From Chitinophagales bacterium (GTDB lineage Bacteria > Bacteroidota > Bacteroidia > Chitinophagales > Chitinophagaceae), in the NCBI GenBank assembly GCA_038211085.1, contig JBBQVY010000001.1, forward strand, positions 43 to 64,042: a stretch of 64,000 bases of DNA. The letters are read 5' to 3'. Every line of letters begins with the position of its first letter. Position 1 is the first letter of the stretch. Below the pieces are notes generated by a model. That model did not search any database and had not been told where the DNA came from. It worked only from the letters and a program-made list of their open reading frames with translations. A program made the position numbers and the translations under genes. This document shows positions 16,966-26,517 of this stretch, in pieces.

Positions 16966-19038
16966 CTACGCCATCTCCTTCTCTTCTACCCAAACATCGC
17001 TTTCCTTTAAAAGTTTTATAAGTTCTGATACGGCAATTTCGCTGGGCACGTTACGCTTTACTACTTCTTTGCCTTTGTATAAAGTAATCTTTCCAATACC
17101 ACTGCCTACATATCCAAAATCAGCATCGGCCATTTCGCCGGGACCGTTAACTATGCAACCCATGATCGCAATTTTTACCCCTTTCAGGTGATTGGTTACG
17201 GAGCGAATTTTGGCTGTAGTTTCCTGCAGATCGAACAAAGTTCTTCCGCACGAGGGGCATGAAATATATTCTGTCTTCGATATTCTTGTACGGGTAGCTT
17301 GTAAAATGGTAAAGGCCGTATTGTTAATAAATTGTTCGGTTGTTTGGTTAACCAAATAATTTCTGCCAGAGGCATTTACATTAGCCTGCATGTAGGCATT
17401 ACTACTTAAGCCCAGCGAAATGCCGTCACCAAAACCATCCAGTAACAAGGCGCCACACTCCGTTGCAAAATGTATAAGATGTTCATCAGCCGTTTGCCAC
17501 TGGCTATCGCAAATAATCACAACCGGGTTATCAATCCTGCGGTTCATTAACTCAATAAACATGCGGCGTACGGCCGGCATTGCATGGTGGTTGGTACTAC
17601 TTAAACATATTACTACTGTCGGGTCGTTTGCCAGGGAATCCATGTAAGTAAAATCATGCTCCTCACTTGAGTTAAAGCAATCAATCATAACAAAATTTAT
17701 GACATTGCCTTTCACTTTCGCATCGGCATAACCACTGTCCTGGTAAATGGGTAAATACTTTTGGGGTGGGTTTATATCATCTTCCTTTATAACTATTTGC
17801 TGCCAGGTTGCAGGATAGACAACTACTTTTAAGGTACCTGGCAGGGCAAAATCAACCACATGATTGCCTGTAAAAATGTAGTCGGCAGCAGCATCCCCAA
17901 TGTTCCATTTATCTGTGCTTTCATTATAGCTGTATCCAATGCTTTGCAGGCTTTGTGGTGTAATGCTTTTGAGTTTGCTGAAATCTGCAATAACTACCGG
18001 CACATGTTTCGCACCAATGTTGCCTACTTCAAAAGTTGGCCTGCGGCGATAAGCGAAAGGTGAGTAAGGAAGGGTGGCCTCCCCACCCTCCAAAGGAGGG
18101 ATTGAAGAAACTGATGGATGGAGGCTTTTCTCTAATTCACCCTTTTGGGGGGTGGGGGGGCTGTAACGCTTTACAAGATCGCGGCAAACAGGTATTTCAA
18201 ACTCAGGATCTTCAGTTAATGAAACACGTATGGTATCTCCAATTCCATCTTCTAATAAAGTGCCGATGCCTGCTGCACTTTTTACACGACCATCCTCACC
18301 ATCACCTGCCTCGGTTACGCCTAAATGCAAAGGGTAACACTCATTAAACTCACTTTGCATTTGTTGAATAAGTAGCCTGTACGCCTGTACCATTACCTGC
18401 GGATTGCTACTCTTCATACTAAGAATTATGTTGTGGTAACTTTCTCCCCGGGCAATGCGTAAAAACTCCATAGCACTTTCCACCATACCCATTGGCGTGT
18501 CTCCATAGCGGCTCATAATGCGGTCGCTAAGGCTACCGTGGTTAGTACCAATGCGCATGGCAGTTCCATATTCTCTGCAAATTTTTACAAGTGGTGTAAA
18601 TCTTTCGCGTATGCGGTCAATCTCCTCCACGTAATCAGCATCAGTATACTCAATAAATTCAAACTTTTTCTTGTCAACATAGTTGCCTGGGTTTACCCGC
18701 ACTTTCTCCACAATACGGGCGGCAATTTCCGCGGCATTTGGTGTAAAATGTATATCGGCAATAAGCGGTGTAGTGTAACCTCTTTTGCGCAGTTCAACCT
18801 TAATGTTCTGGAGGTTTTCAGCCTCCTTTTTGCTGGGTGCAGTTATACGCACCAGTTCCGCTCCGGCCTCAATGCAACGAATGCTTTGTTCTACCGTGGC
18901 AATCGTATCCATGGTATCGGTAGTGGTCATGGTTTGGACCCGTATTGGGTTAAAGTTGCCTAACAATAAGTCGCCAATAGAAACTTCCCTGGTTGGTAAT
19001 CTATTGTATTGTGTAAGTGAAGAAGTATAAAGTTGCAT
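16966..19038 (-). CDS. ispG: 4-hydroxy-3-methylbut-2-en-1-yl diphosphate synthase, long form with inserted domain
   Basis: TREVSIGDLLLGNFNPIRVQTMT at the N terminus. C-terminal CPSCGRT and GCIVNGPGE Fe-S motifs. The track start 19056 is a TTG, so I prefer ATG 19038 (MQLYTSS). Confidence 0.9.
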   Translation of the reverse strand: MQLYTSSLTQYNRLPTREVSIGDLLLGNFNPIRVQTMTTTDTMDTIATVEQSIRCIEAGAELVRITAPSKKEAENLQNIKVELRKRGYTTPLIADIHFTPNAAEIAARIVEKVRVNPGNYVDKKKFEFIEYTDADYVEEIDRIRERFTPLVKICREYGTAMRIGTNHGSLSDRIMSRYGDTPMGMVESAMEFLRIARGESYHNIILSMKSSNPQVMVQAYRLLIQQMQSEFNECYPLHLGVTEAGDGEDGRVKSAAGIGTLLEDGIGDTIRVSLTEDPEFEIPVCRDLVKRYSPPTPQKGELEKSLHPSVSSIPPLEGGEATLPYSPFAYRRRPTFEVGNIGAKHVPVVIADFSKLKSITPQSLQSIGYSYNESTDKWNIGDAAADYIFTGNHVVDFALPGTLKVVVYPATWQQIVIKEDDINPPQKYLPIYQDSGYADAKVKGNVINFVMIDCFNSSEEHDFTYMDSLANDPTVVICLSSTNHHAMPAVRRMFIELMNRRIDNPVVIICDSQWQTADEHLIHFATECGALLLDGFGDGISLGLSSNAYMQANVNASGRNYLVNQTTEQFINNTAFTILQATRTRISKTEYISCPSCGRTLFDLQETTAKIRSVTNHLKGVKIAIMGCIVNGPGEMADADFGYVGSGIGKITLYKGKEVVKRNVPSEIAVSELIKLLKESDVWVEEKEMA
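18072..18160 (-). repeat. GC-rich double-hairpin element lying in frame inside ispG
   Basis: gggtgg-cctcc-ccaccc (18072-18088), ccctcc-aaa-ggaggg (18086-18100) and caccc-ttttggg-gggtg (18138-18154), followed by a G run. It encodes SPPTPQKGELEKSLHPSVSSIPPLEGGEATLP. Confidence 0.7.
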
Positions 19039-19217
19039 AGGTAAATGCGTTGACAAAATTTAAGTACAAAACTAAGTAATCTTAGAGGGTGGCCTGAGGT
19101 TAGCGATTAAGGCATGAAATCATGTTTTGAAATGATTAAAGCTGTGCTGAAAACAATCAACAAACAAGTTTTACATAGGTAAATTTTTGCATCAACTCAA
19201 ACTTAATAAGGATGATG

Positions 19218-19850
19218 TTACCAATCTTTATCAGGAGTATTGCCATTTTTTGTTTTGTTTTTCTGCATGTCTTTTTGAATAGACTTCTCTTCCTGGCGCA
19301 AGGCATTAAGCATTTGCTCAGCCTGCTTTTCATTCAGTTTACTTTTCGGCTCTGGCTTTTTATCCTTCTCATCTTTCTTATCATTATTCTTCTTGTCGTT
19401 GTTTTGATTGTCCTGTTTTTGCTGCTGCTTTTTTAGCTCGTTCAAAGCTTTTTGAAGATTCTCCCGTGCATCACTATCATCCGGAGTAATGCGTAAAGTA
19501 TTTTTATAAGCATCAATACTTTCTTCCAGTTTTTTCTGCTGGCTTAAGCTAACTCCTTTGTTGTAATAAGAATGGCTCCTGGTTGAATTTTCCTTTGCAT
19601 TTTCTGCGGCAGTATTAAAGGCTTTCTCCGCTTCCTCCATTTTTTTGGAACGAAAAAAAGCATTGCCCATGTTGTATTGAGCCTGCACATTTTTATTATC
19701 AGCGGTAGTGACCTTTTGATATTCAGCAGCAGCTTTTTCAAACTGTTGTTGCTTGTATAATTTATTACCAAGGCTAATTGATTGCAGCCCGGGCTGGCCA
19801 AAAGATGTCGTGGCAATTACCACCAGTCCAGTAATAATTAAATACCTCAT
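19218..19850 (-). CDS. TPR protein, BatC-like
   Basis: I place the start at ATG 19850 (MRYLIITGLVVIATTSFGQ). TPR repeats followed by a K/E/Q/N-rich tail. ATGA start/stop overlap with the upstream VWA gene. Confidence 0.7.
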   Translation of the reverse strand: MRYLIITGLVVIATTSFGQPGLQSISLGNKLYKQQQFEKAAAEYQKVTTADNKNVQAQYNMGNAFFRSKKMEEAEKAFNTAAENAKENSTRSHSYYNKGVSLSQQKKLEESIDAYKNTLRITPDDSDARENLQKALNELKKQQQKQDNQNNDKKNNDKKDEKDKKPEPKSKLNEKQAEQMLNALRQEEKSIQKDMQKNKTKNGNTPDKDW

Positions 19851-20851
19851 GATGCGAACCATTTCATTTTTCGTTCCGGGATAAAAATTTCTAACAATAG
19901 TGCCAGTAAGGCAAGCAAAACAAACCATTGAAAATAGGTAGTGTATTCGCGTTGTTCGCCCGTACCTATTTGCTTTTTTTCCATATCGTTTAATGCACCT
20001 ATCAATTTACCTGTTACGTCATCAGCAGTCGTAAACAACTGGTAAGTACCCCCGGTTAAAGCAGCTATGTTTTGAAGCTCCTTTTCGTTTAATCGGGAAA
20101 TCACAGTATTGCCCGATCCATCCTTTTTATAATCGTTTGTTTCTACGTCAAAGATTGGCGCCCCTTCGGGTGAGCCTATGCCCACTGTATGTACGATCAC
20201 CCCGTTTTCTGCTAATTGCTTAACAATCTGTTCAGCCTTGTCATCATGGTCTTCACCATCGCTTATTAAAACAATGGCTTTGTATTTTTTTTCCTTTGTG
20301 TCCAGAGATGCATTGCAAATACGTAACGCATCGCCCAACACCGTACCCTGTAAGGAGACAGTATTTGGAGAAGCATTGCTGATGTACATTTTAGCTGCTG
20401 CAAGATCTGAGGTAAGTGGCATTTGCAGGTAAGCCTGACCCGCAAAAACTACAAGTCCCATCCTGTTATCACCTATTTTTTCAACCATTTTATTAAGTAG
20501 TTGCCTGGCTCTTTCAAGGCGATTTGGTTTTATATCCTGCGCCAGCATGCTGTTGCTAACATCTAAGGCTACCATAACATCAATGCCACTTCTTTTACCT
20601 GCACTACCGGTTTTAGGTGTTCTTACATTAATGGCTGCAATAACACAGAGTACTGTGGCTGCAACTAACAGGTAAAACTTGTATCTAAAGTTTGCAGAAG
20701 AGAAATCTTCAGTAAGCTTGTCAATCAACTCCTCATCGCCAATCTGCTTTTTTACTTTCCTTTTCCAACGATTGACGTAAATAAACAATAGCAACATGGG
20801 TAACAACACGGCCAGTCCAATCAAAAATTCTATGTGTTCAAATACAATCAT
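19847..20851 (-). CDS. VWA domain membrane protein, BatB-like
   Basis: N-terminal TM helices, a VWA MIDAS region (VALDVSNSM) and a C-terminal TM. The track start 20890 is a TTG, so I use ATG 20851. Confidence 0.75.
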   Translation of the reverse strand: MIVFEHIEFLIGLAVLLPMLLLFIYVNRWKRKVKKQIGDEELIDKLTEDFSSANFRYKFYLLVAATVLCVIAAINVRTPKTGSAGKRSGIDVMVALDVSNSMLAQDIKPNRLERARQLLNKMVEKIGDNRMGLVVFAGQAYLQMPLTSDLAAAKMYISNASPNTVSLQGTVLGDALRICNASLDTKEKKYKAIVLISDGEDHDDKAEQIVKQLAENGVIVHTVGIGSPEGAPIFDVETNDYKKDGSGNTVISRLNEKELQNIAALTGGTYQLFTTADDVTGKLIGALNDMEKKQIGTGEQREYTTYFQWFVLLALLALLLEIFIPERKMKWFAS

Positions 20852-20939
20852 ATACGTATGAAGCAGTTGGGATTCAAAAATGGTGCTCAAATATTATGAT
20901 CCTGGTTATTGCACCTTTTAATTTTTACTATGCTCCTTT

Positions 20940-21773
20940 TTATTTTTTGCCTTCTAAAAATCCAAGTTGTTTTAGTGCTCCTTTTAAAATGTTCATTCTA
21001 ATGTTTATCATATCCATGTCTGCCGGCCCTTCCACATTTAATACAAAAGGATAGGGATGATTGTTTTCTTCTATCCAACCTACAACCCACCCAATGGCAT
21101 TCCCGTTTTCGCTGTTTCCCCAACCTGTTTTGTAACTCAGGCTATAATTTGTATTGCTCTCACGTAACATCAATCCACGAACAATTCGCTGGGTTCTTTT
21201 TTGAAAAGGTAACTGGTCAAAATATAATTTTTTAACAAGTCCTAACTGTTCATCCGCAGTTATCTTAATCGAATTATCGAGCCAGAAAGTATCAATAGTT
21301 TTTATCACTGCCTTATTGTATCGCGAAGCATAACCCAATGTATCCAGGTAGTGTTGCATGGTATCTTTACCTATGCGTCGTGCTACTTCCTGGTAATAAG
21401 GCACTGCAGAAAATTCAAAAGCTTGTGACATTGTTAAGTCGCGGTTCCAGCTTTTAGAAGAATCTCCACCTGGAAACTTACGCACCACACCATCCCACCT
21501 GATCACCATTTTTTCGTCGGATACCCTACCTGTTTCAAGTCCAACCAAAGAATTTACAATCTTAAATGTTGAAGCAGGCAGGTATGCACTGTCTTTAAAG
21601 CGTTTCAGGTTATAAATGGTAAAATCTCCCTGGCCATTATCATATATTCCAAAAGTTCCGGTTACTTTATTATTATCGAATAAGGGTTGCAAACTATTAT
21701 CTATGGTAACATTATTAGGATTGCAACTAAGAAAAAAAATGCCGGAAACCAGTAGTATGAGCCAAACTTTCAT
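20940..21773 (-). CDS. Class D (OXA-type) beta-lactamase, lipoprotein-type signal
   Basis: S-T-F-K (aa 68-71), S-A-V and K-T-G-W-G motifs in the canonical order. The signal ends in LSC. Confidence 0.85.
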   Translation of the reverse strand: MKVWLILLVSGIFFLSCNPNNVTIDNSLQPLFDNNKVTGTFGIYDNGQGDFTIYNLKRFKDSAYLPASTFKIVNSLVGLETGRVSDEKMVIRWDGVVRKFPGGDSSKSWNRDLTMSQAFEFSAVPYYQEVARRIGKDTMQHYLDTLGYASRYNKAVIKTIDTFWLDNSIKITADEQLGLVKKLYFDQLPFQKRTQRIVRGLMLRESNTNYSLSYKTGWGNSENGNAIGWVVGWIEENNHPYPFVLNVEGPADMDMINIRMNILKGALKQLGFLEGKK

Positions 21774-21882
21774 GAATGTGTTTTGCGCAAAAGTATTGTA
21801 TTAAGCAAAAGAAATTTTTGAGTGTTTGTAAGGGCAATACTATTTAACACATGCTGTTGACCTTGTTTAGAAATATGAGTTT

Positions 21883-23079
21883 TTAAGCTACCGGGTTTAA
21901 AACACCCAACTCCTTACCTACTTTAACAAATGCATCAATTGCAGCATCAATATGGTATTGTTTGTGAGCAGCGCTTAACTGTACCCTTATACGGGCCATA
22001 TCTTTTGCAACAACAGGGTAAAAGAAACCAATAACATAAATGCCTTCTTCTAATAGTTTTGATGCAAATTGTTGCGCAACAGTGGCGTCGTATAACATGA
22101 TGGGTACAATGGGATGATCACCCGGCTTAATGTCAAAACCTGCAGCAGTCATCTTTTCTCTAAAATACCGGGTATTGTATTCGAGCTTATCGCGTAGTTC
22201 AGTAGTTTCGGTAAGCATGTCGAGCACAGCAATGGAGGCACCTACAATACTGGGCGCCAAAGTATTGCTAAACAAATAGGGACGGCTGCGCTGGCGTAAT
22301 AATTCAATGATCTCTTTTCTACCGCTGGTAAAACCACCACTGGCACCACCCAATGCTTTACCAAGAGTGCCAGTAATAATATCTACCCTGCCCATAACAT
22401 TCCGGTATTCGTGTGTACCCCTGCCGGTCTTACCTAAAAATCCACTTGAGTGACATTCATCAATCATTACAATAGCATTGTACTGGTCGGCTAGGTCGCA
22501 AATCCTGTCTAGTTGGGCAATGGTTCCATCCATGCTGAAAGAGCCATCGGTTACTATGATCCTGCTTCTTGATTTATGACTGGCGATAAGTTTATCCTCA
22601 AGATCCTTCATGTCGTTGTGCTCGTAACGAAAGCGTTTTGCTTTGCAGAGGCGTACTCCATCTATAATTGATGCATGGTTTAAAGAGTCGCTAATGATGG
22701 CATCTTCATCTCCAAAAAGAGGTTCAAATAAACCTCCATTGGCATCAAAGGCTGCAGCATATAAAATGGTGTCTTCTGTTCCTAAAAAAGCTGAAAGTTT
22801 AGCTTCCAACTGTTTATGTATGTCTTGTGTTCCACAAATAAAACGTACACTGCTCATACCATAACCATGGGTATCAATAGCCTGGTGTGCCGCCTCAATT
22901 ACTTTGGGGTGAGAAGACAGGCCAAGATAGTTGTTTGCACAAAAGTTAAGAACGGTCTTTCCGTTCACCACTATCTCCGCACCCTGATCGCTGGTAATAA
23001 TCCGCTCGGTTTTAAATAGTCCTGCCTCTTCAATTTCCAGTACTTCTTCTCTTATCCTCGTAACAAAATTTTCATTCAT
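21883..23079 (-). CDS. kbl: Glycine C-acetyltransferase (2-amino-3-ketobutyrate CoA ligase)
   Basis: PLP-dependent alpha-oxoamine synthase family. [10 protein letters not shown] holds the PLP lysine. High overall resemblance to Kbl. Start moved from TTG 23121 to ATG 23079 (MNENF). Confidence 0.85.
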   Translation of the reverse strand: MNENFVTRIREEVLEIEEAGLFKTERIITSDQGAEIVVNGKTVLNFCANNYLGLSSHPKVIEAAHQAIDTHGYGMSSVRFICGTQDIHKQLEAKLSAFLGTEDTILYAAAFDANGGLFEPLFGDEDAIISDSLNHASIIDGVRLCKAKRFRYEHNDMKDLEDKLIASHKSRSRIIVTDGSFSMDGTIAQLDRICDLADQYNAIVMIDECHSSGFLGKTGRGTHEYRNVMGRVDIITGTLGKALGGASGGFTSGRKEIIELLRQRSRPYLFSNTLAPSIVGASIAVLDMLTETTELRDKLEYNTRYFREKMTAAGFDIKPGDHPIVPIMLYDATVAQQFASKLLEEGIYVIGFFYPVVAKDMARIRVQLSAAHKQYHIDAAIDAFVKVGKELGVLNPVA

Positions 23080-23285
23080 ACTAAATGTTTTTGGGGGCCG
23101 TAAAGGTAACACCACAGCCAAATAATAACATACGTTATAGAATGAAATGATTAAAGTTTAAACGCTTGTTTTTCACACAAAAAAAGGGCTGTTAATCATT
23201 TGTGAAATGGGCTTTTGATAGAAACTTTCTAAAAAAATCTGTAACATTCCGCTACTATCTTCGTACTAACTACCAAACTACTATT

Positions 23286-23504
23286 ATGAAACCAAAACCA
23301 ATCATCCGCATAATTTTTGCTTTTCTTGTAGCTGCAGGCAGTATGTTTTTATTATATGGCGCCAGGCAGAACTCCACTCTTACCCAACAAAAAGAGACAA
23401 ACATTTGCGAAAGTGAATTGGGTCAACCATTTCAACACAGCAATACAGAATTTATATTTTTTGAAGCGGTCACTAAATTTCTTGTTATCTCTCTTATAAA
23501 ATAA
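23286..23504 (+). CDS. Small membrane-anchored hypothetical protein
   Basis: ATG 23286 (MKPKPIIRIIFAFLVAAGSMFLLYG), one TM helix, followed directly by an intrinsic terminator. Confidence 0.45.
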   Translation: MKPKPIIRIIFAFLVAAGSMFLLYGARQNSTLTQQKETNICESELGQPFQHSNTEFIFFEAVTKFLVISLIK

Positions 23505-23531
23505 CTTCCGGCTTCTGCCGGATTTTTTTTG
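23505..23531 (+). terminator. Rho-independent terminator
   Basis: tccggc-ttct-gccgga stem-loop followed by an 8-T run. Confidence 0.75.
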
Positions 23532-23603
23532 CGATTGCTGTAACTTATTGTTGCAAAGCACGTATAACTCTCAAAGCAACCATCAGAACATACCCGCTGT
23601 TTT

Positions 23604-24095
23604 ATGACTGACAAACAATACAATGAATGTGTAGACTTATACGCTGATAATGTATTTCGATTTATTGTAAAAAATATTCGTAACGAAGAAGATGCCAGAG
23701 ACATTGTTCAAACTGCGTTTGAGAAGATGTGGCGCAACCGTGAGAGCGTAGAAAATGATAAAAGCAAATCTTTCCTGTTTACGGTAGCCTACAACCAAAT
23801 GATCGATCATATCAGAAAGAATAAGAGGATCACTTTGCAGGAAGATTTTAAAGACCAGGCAGGTGTTTATGAAATGCCGACCAATCAAAATAATGCTAAG
23901 AAAATGATACACGAAGCATTGGGTAGATTAAACGAAACGCAACGCAGCCTGGTAATGTTAAAGGACTACGAAGGTTATAATTATGAGGAAATTGGAAAGA
24001 TTACTGGATTGAATGAAAGCCAGGTAAAAGTTTACCTACACAGGGCCCGGTTAACCTTACGAAATTACCTGGTAAGCCCTGAAAATGTATTGTAG
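23604..24095 (+). CDS. ECF-type RNA polymerase sigma-70 factor
   Basis: Region 2 (FTVAYNQMIDHIRK) and region 4 (YEEIGKITGLNESQVKVYLHRAR). 163 aa. Confidence 0.85.
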   Translation: MTDKQYNECVDLYADNVFRFIVKNIRNEEDARDIVQTAFEKMWRNRESVENDKSKSFLFTVAYNQMIDHIRKNKRITLQEDFKDQAGVYEMPTNQNNAKKMIHEALGRLNETQRSLVMLKDYEGYNYEEIGKITGLNESQVKVYLHRARLTLRNYLVSPENVL

Positions 24096-24133
24096 TTGAA
24101 ATTGTGAAAAGGAGATTTTAAAAAAAAGCACCC

Positions 24134-25237
24134 ATGAGCATTAACCGACATAATTACGAAGAATTTTTTCTGCTTTATGTAGATAATGAATTAACGAAGG
24201 CGGAAAGGCTTGAGGTTGAAAATTTTGTACGAATTAATGAAGATCTGGCAAGAGAACTTAACGCTTTAAAGGAATCTGTTTTAAAGCCTGTCAATGAAGA
24301 ATTTTTTTACAAAACTAATTTGTACAAACAAGCTGAGGGTATAACCCCGGCTAATTGCGAAACGTATTTTCTTTTGCATGTAGACAATGAATTAACAGGG
24401 GATGAGAAATATGCAGTGGAAACATTTGTGTTACAGCACCCGGAAACCCAGGCCAATTTTTCCCTGTTGCACCAAACTAAATTGGAAGCTGAATCTGTTG
24501 TCTTTCAAAACAAAGAGTTGCTTTACAAAAAGGATAAAAGAAAACTGGTTTGGATGAATTGGAGCAGAATTGCCATTGCAGCTTTGTTTGCCGGTGTTGC
24601 CATTGCTTTGTACTCCATTATTCCATCAAACCATGTTCAGCAATTACAGGCAGATGTAAAACAACCGGCTAACCATACAAGTACCGGTAACCTTCCAACT
24701 GTTGCTACTATAAATGGAACTGTAAACAAAAGCAGCACTGTTCTTATACCCAATACATCGTCAACAATTGTTGTTAATGGAGCAACCAAATCACCCTCAA
24801 CACCTACAAAAAATAGCAGAACGGTTAAACAGCCAGCTATAAAAATAATTGAAAATAATAAGCAGGAGAATGGGTCCATTGCAACTCTTAACAAGCCTCA
24901 CCCTGTAGATGTTAGCATTAGTGATAAAATTACACTACAGGGAGATAACAATCTTGCCGCTGAAATAACGCCTCAACTGGTAAGTAACAGGATTAATACA
25001 GAAAAAAAGCAGCCTGATGTTGAGGCCACCAACCTGGCACATCAAACCGTGTATAGAGAGATTGATACGGATGCCGACGAAAGAGAAAATTCCTTCCTGT
25101 TTGGTTCAACAAGGATTAATAAAAATAAACTACGTGGCCTGCTTAAAAAAGCCTCCGGCCTGTTTGATAAAAAAGCTGAGAAAGCTGATAACGAAAAAAC
25201 CATTCAAATAGCCTCATTTGAAATTAAAGGAAAATAG
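24134..25237 (+). CDS. Putative anti-sigma factor, single-pass membrane protein
   Basis: Lies directly after the sigma gene. The N-terminal segment is duplicated (EEFFLLYVDNELTKAERLEVENFV and ETYFLLHVDNELTGDEKYAVETFV). TM helix WSRIAIAALFAGVAIALYSII. Confidence 0.55.
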   Translation: MSINRHNYEEFFLLYVDNELTKAERLEVENFVRINEDLARELNALKESVLKPVNEEFFYKTNLYKQAEGITPANCETYFLLHVDNELTGDEKYAVETFVLQHPETQANFSLLHQTKLEAESVVFQNKELLYKKDKRKLVWMNWSRIAIAALFAGVAIALYSIIPSNHVQQLQADVKQPANHTSTGNLPTVATINGTVNKSSTVLIPNTSSTIVVNGATKSPSTPTKNSRTVKQPAIKIIENNKQENGSIATLNKPHPVDVSISDKITLQGDNNLAAEITPQLVSNRINTEKKQPDVEATNLAHQTVYREIDTDADERENSFLFGSTRINKNKLRGLLKKASGLFDKKAEKADNEKTIQIASFEIKGK

Positions 25238-25262
25238 ACTCACTCATTAAAAACAAGAATTT

Positions 25263-26108
25263 ATGAAAAGAATTACACTTATGGTAGCGACCATTATGGT
25301 TGCCATGGCAGGTTATGCCCAAACTGATAGTACCACACAAAAATCGGATACGGTTAGGATTGGGAAATACGTGATCATTAAAAAGCAGAAAAACCCTTCG
25401 GGTAGCAGTGACGAGAAAAGCACCACTGTTGTAATTGAAAGACGTAAACAAAAACCCACAAACATTAGTACCAACTGGTGGATACTTGATTTGGGATTTG
25501 CCAATATAAAAGACGAAACGATCTATGGATCTGCTGCAGCAAATAGTTATTTAAAAACTACCCGCCCCGGCGAAACTCCTTTTACCAAAAATGATCTTGA
25601 TCTGCGTGCAGGAAAGAGTTCTAATGTAAATGTGTGGATCTTTATGCAACGCCTGAACGTTACAAAAGGTGTCTTAAATCTTAAGTATGGTTTGGGCCTT
25701 GAAATGTTTAATTACAGGTATGAAAACAATGTTAGTTATCATAAAAACCCGGCCTACATTTTTCGCGACAGTGTAAACTTTTCGAAAAATAAACTCTATA
25801 CCAGCTACTTAACCATACCTTTTATGGTAAACCTTACCACACATCCCGGGCAGAAGAAGGGCTTGAGTTTTAGTGCCGGAGTAAGTGCAGGTTACCTTGT
25901 AGGAAGCCACAACAAACAAATAAGCGACGAAAGAGGTAAAATAAAAACACGGGGAGATTTTGATCTTGAACAGTTTCGCCTGGCCTATATTGGTGAACTG
26001 GCCCTGGGGCCTGTTAGATTATTTGGATCATACAGCATGAATCCGTTGCACGAAAATGGATTAAAACAATATCCCTACAGCATGGGAATTCGATTTAGCA
26101 ACTGGTAG
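25263..26108 (+). CDS. Outer-membrane beta-barrel protein
   Basis: Signal peptide, alternating beta-strand pattern, aromatic C terminus (IRFSNW). Third gene of the sigma/anti-sigma cluster. Confidence 0.55.
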   Translation: MKRITLMVATIMVAMAGYAQTDSTTQKSDTVRIGKYVIIKKQKNPSGSSDEKSTTVVIERRKQKPTNISTNWWILDLGFANIKDETIYGSAAANSYLKTTRPGETPFTKNDLDLRAGKSSNVNVWIFMQRLNVTKGVLNLKYGLGLEMFNYRYENNVSYHKNPAYIFRDSVNFSKNKLYTSYLTIPFMVNLTTHPGQKKGLSFSAGVSAGYLVGSHNKQISDERGKIKTRGDFDLEQFRLAYIGELALGPVRLFGSYSMNPLHENGLKQYPYSMGIRFSNW

Positions 26109-26129
26109 GCAATAACACATATAGTTTAT

Positions 26130-26160
26130 AAAATCCCGCTGATAGTGGGATTTTTTTTTG
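26130..26160. terminator. Bidirectional intrinsic terminator
   Basis: aaatccc-gctgatagt-gggattt stem with a 9-T run on the + strand and an A-rich 5' flank. It is shared by convergent genes. Confidence 0.75.
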
Positions 26161-26166
26161 CATCCG

Positions 26167-26289
26167 CTATTTCTTAGGCACACAGTTAGGGACCATCTTT
26201 CCATCCTTTTTCTTCATTCCTAGTTGGCGATAGTTTTTCCAGCAGGGGTTACCCTTTTTTGAAGTTGACTTTTTTTTCTTTACAGGCAT
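26167..26289 (-). CDS. Untracked 40-aa lysine-rich two-cysteine protein
   Basis: My own translation: MPVKKKKSTSKKGNPCWKNYRQLGMKKKDGKMVPNCVPKK. ATG at 26289, TAG at 26167-26169. It ends just before the shared terminator. It falls below the 60-aa cutoff of the ORF track. Confidence 0.5.
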   Translation of the reverse strand: MPVKKKKSTSKKGNPCWKNYRQLGMKKKDGKMVPNCVPKK

Positions 26290-26517
26290 GGGTATTACAT
26301 TTAAAGTTTAGGTACAGTAAAAAATATTGCCACAGGTTATGGGTACGATGTCTCCAATAAGAATTTTATTTAAATGCATGCTATGCAATTAGTAGAAATA
26401 CTATTTATAATAGCGGCATTCTACTGCTGTAAAGAGCTTGATATTATGTATCCTTGCATTTACTTTATAAATATTCTACAACCCCGATTTACCAACCGAT
26501 TAACCTTGCTGTTTTCT

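Noticed and set aside
18036-18347. 103-aa + strand ORF (with GGWGG-type sequence) inside ispG
   Set aside because: It is antisense to a highly conserved essential gene. It exists only because the GC-rich hairpin element removes stop codons locally.
19212-19436. 74-aa hydrophobic + strand ORF
   Set aside because: It is antisense to the Lys/Glu/Gln-rich tail of the BatC-like gene. This is a low-complexity artefact.
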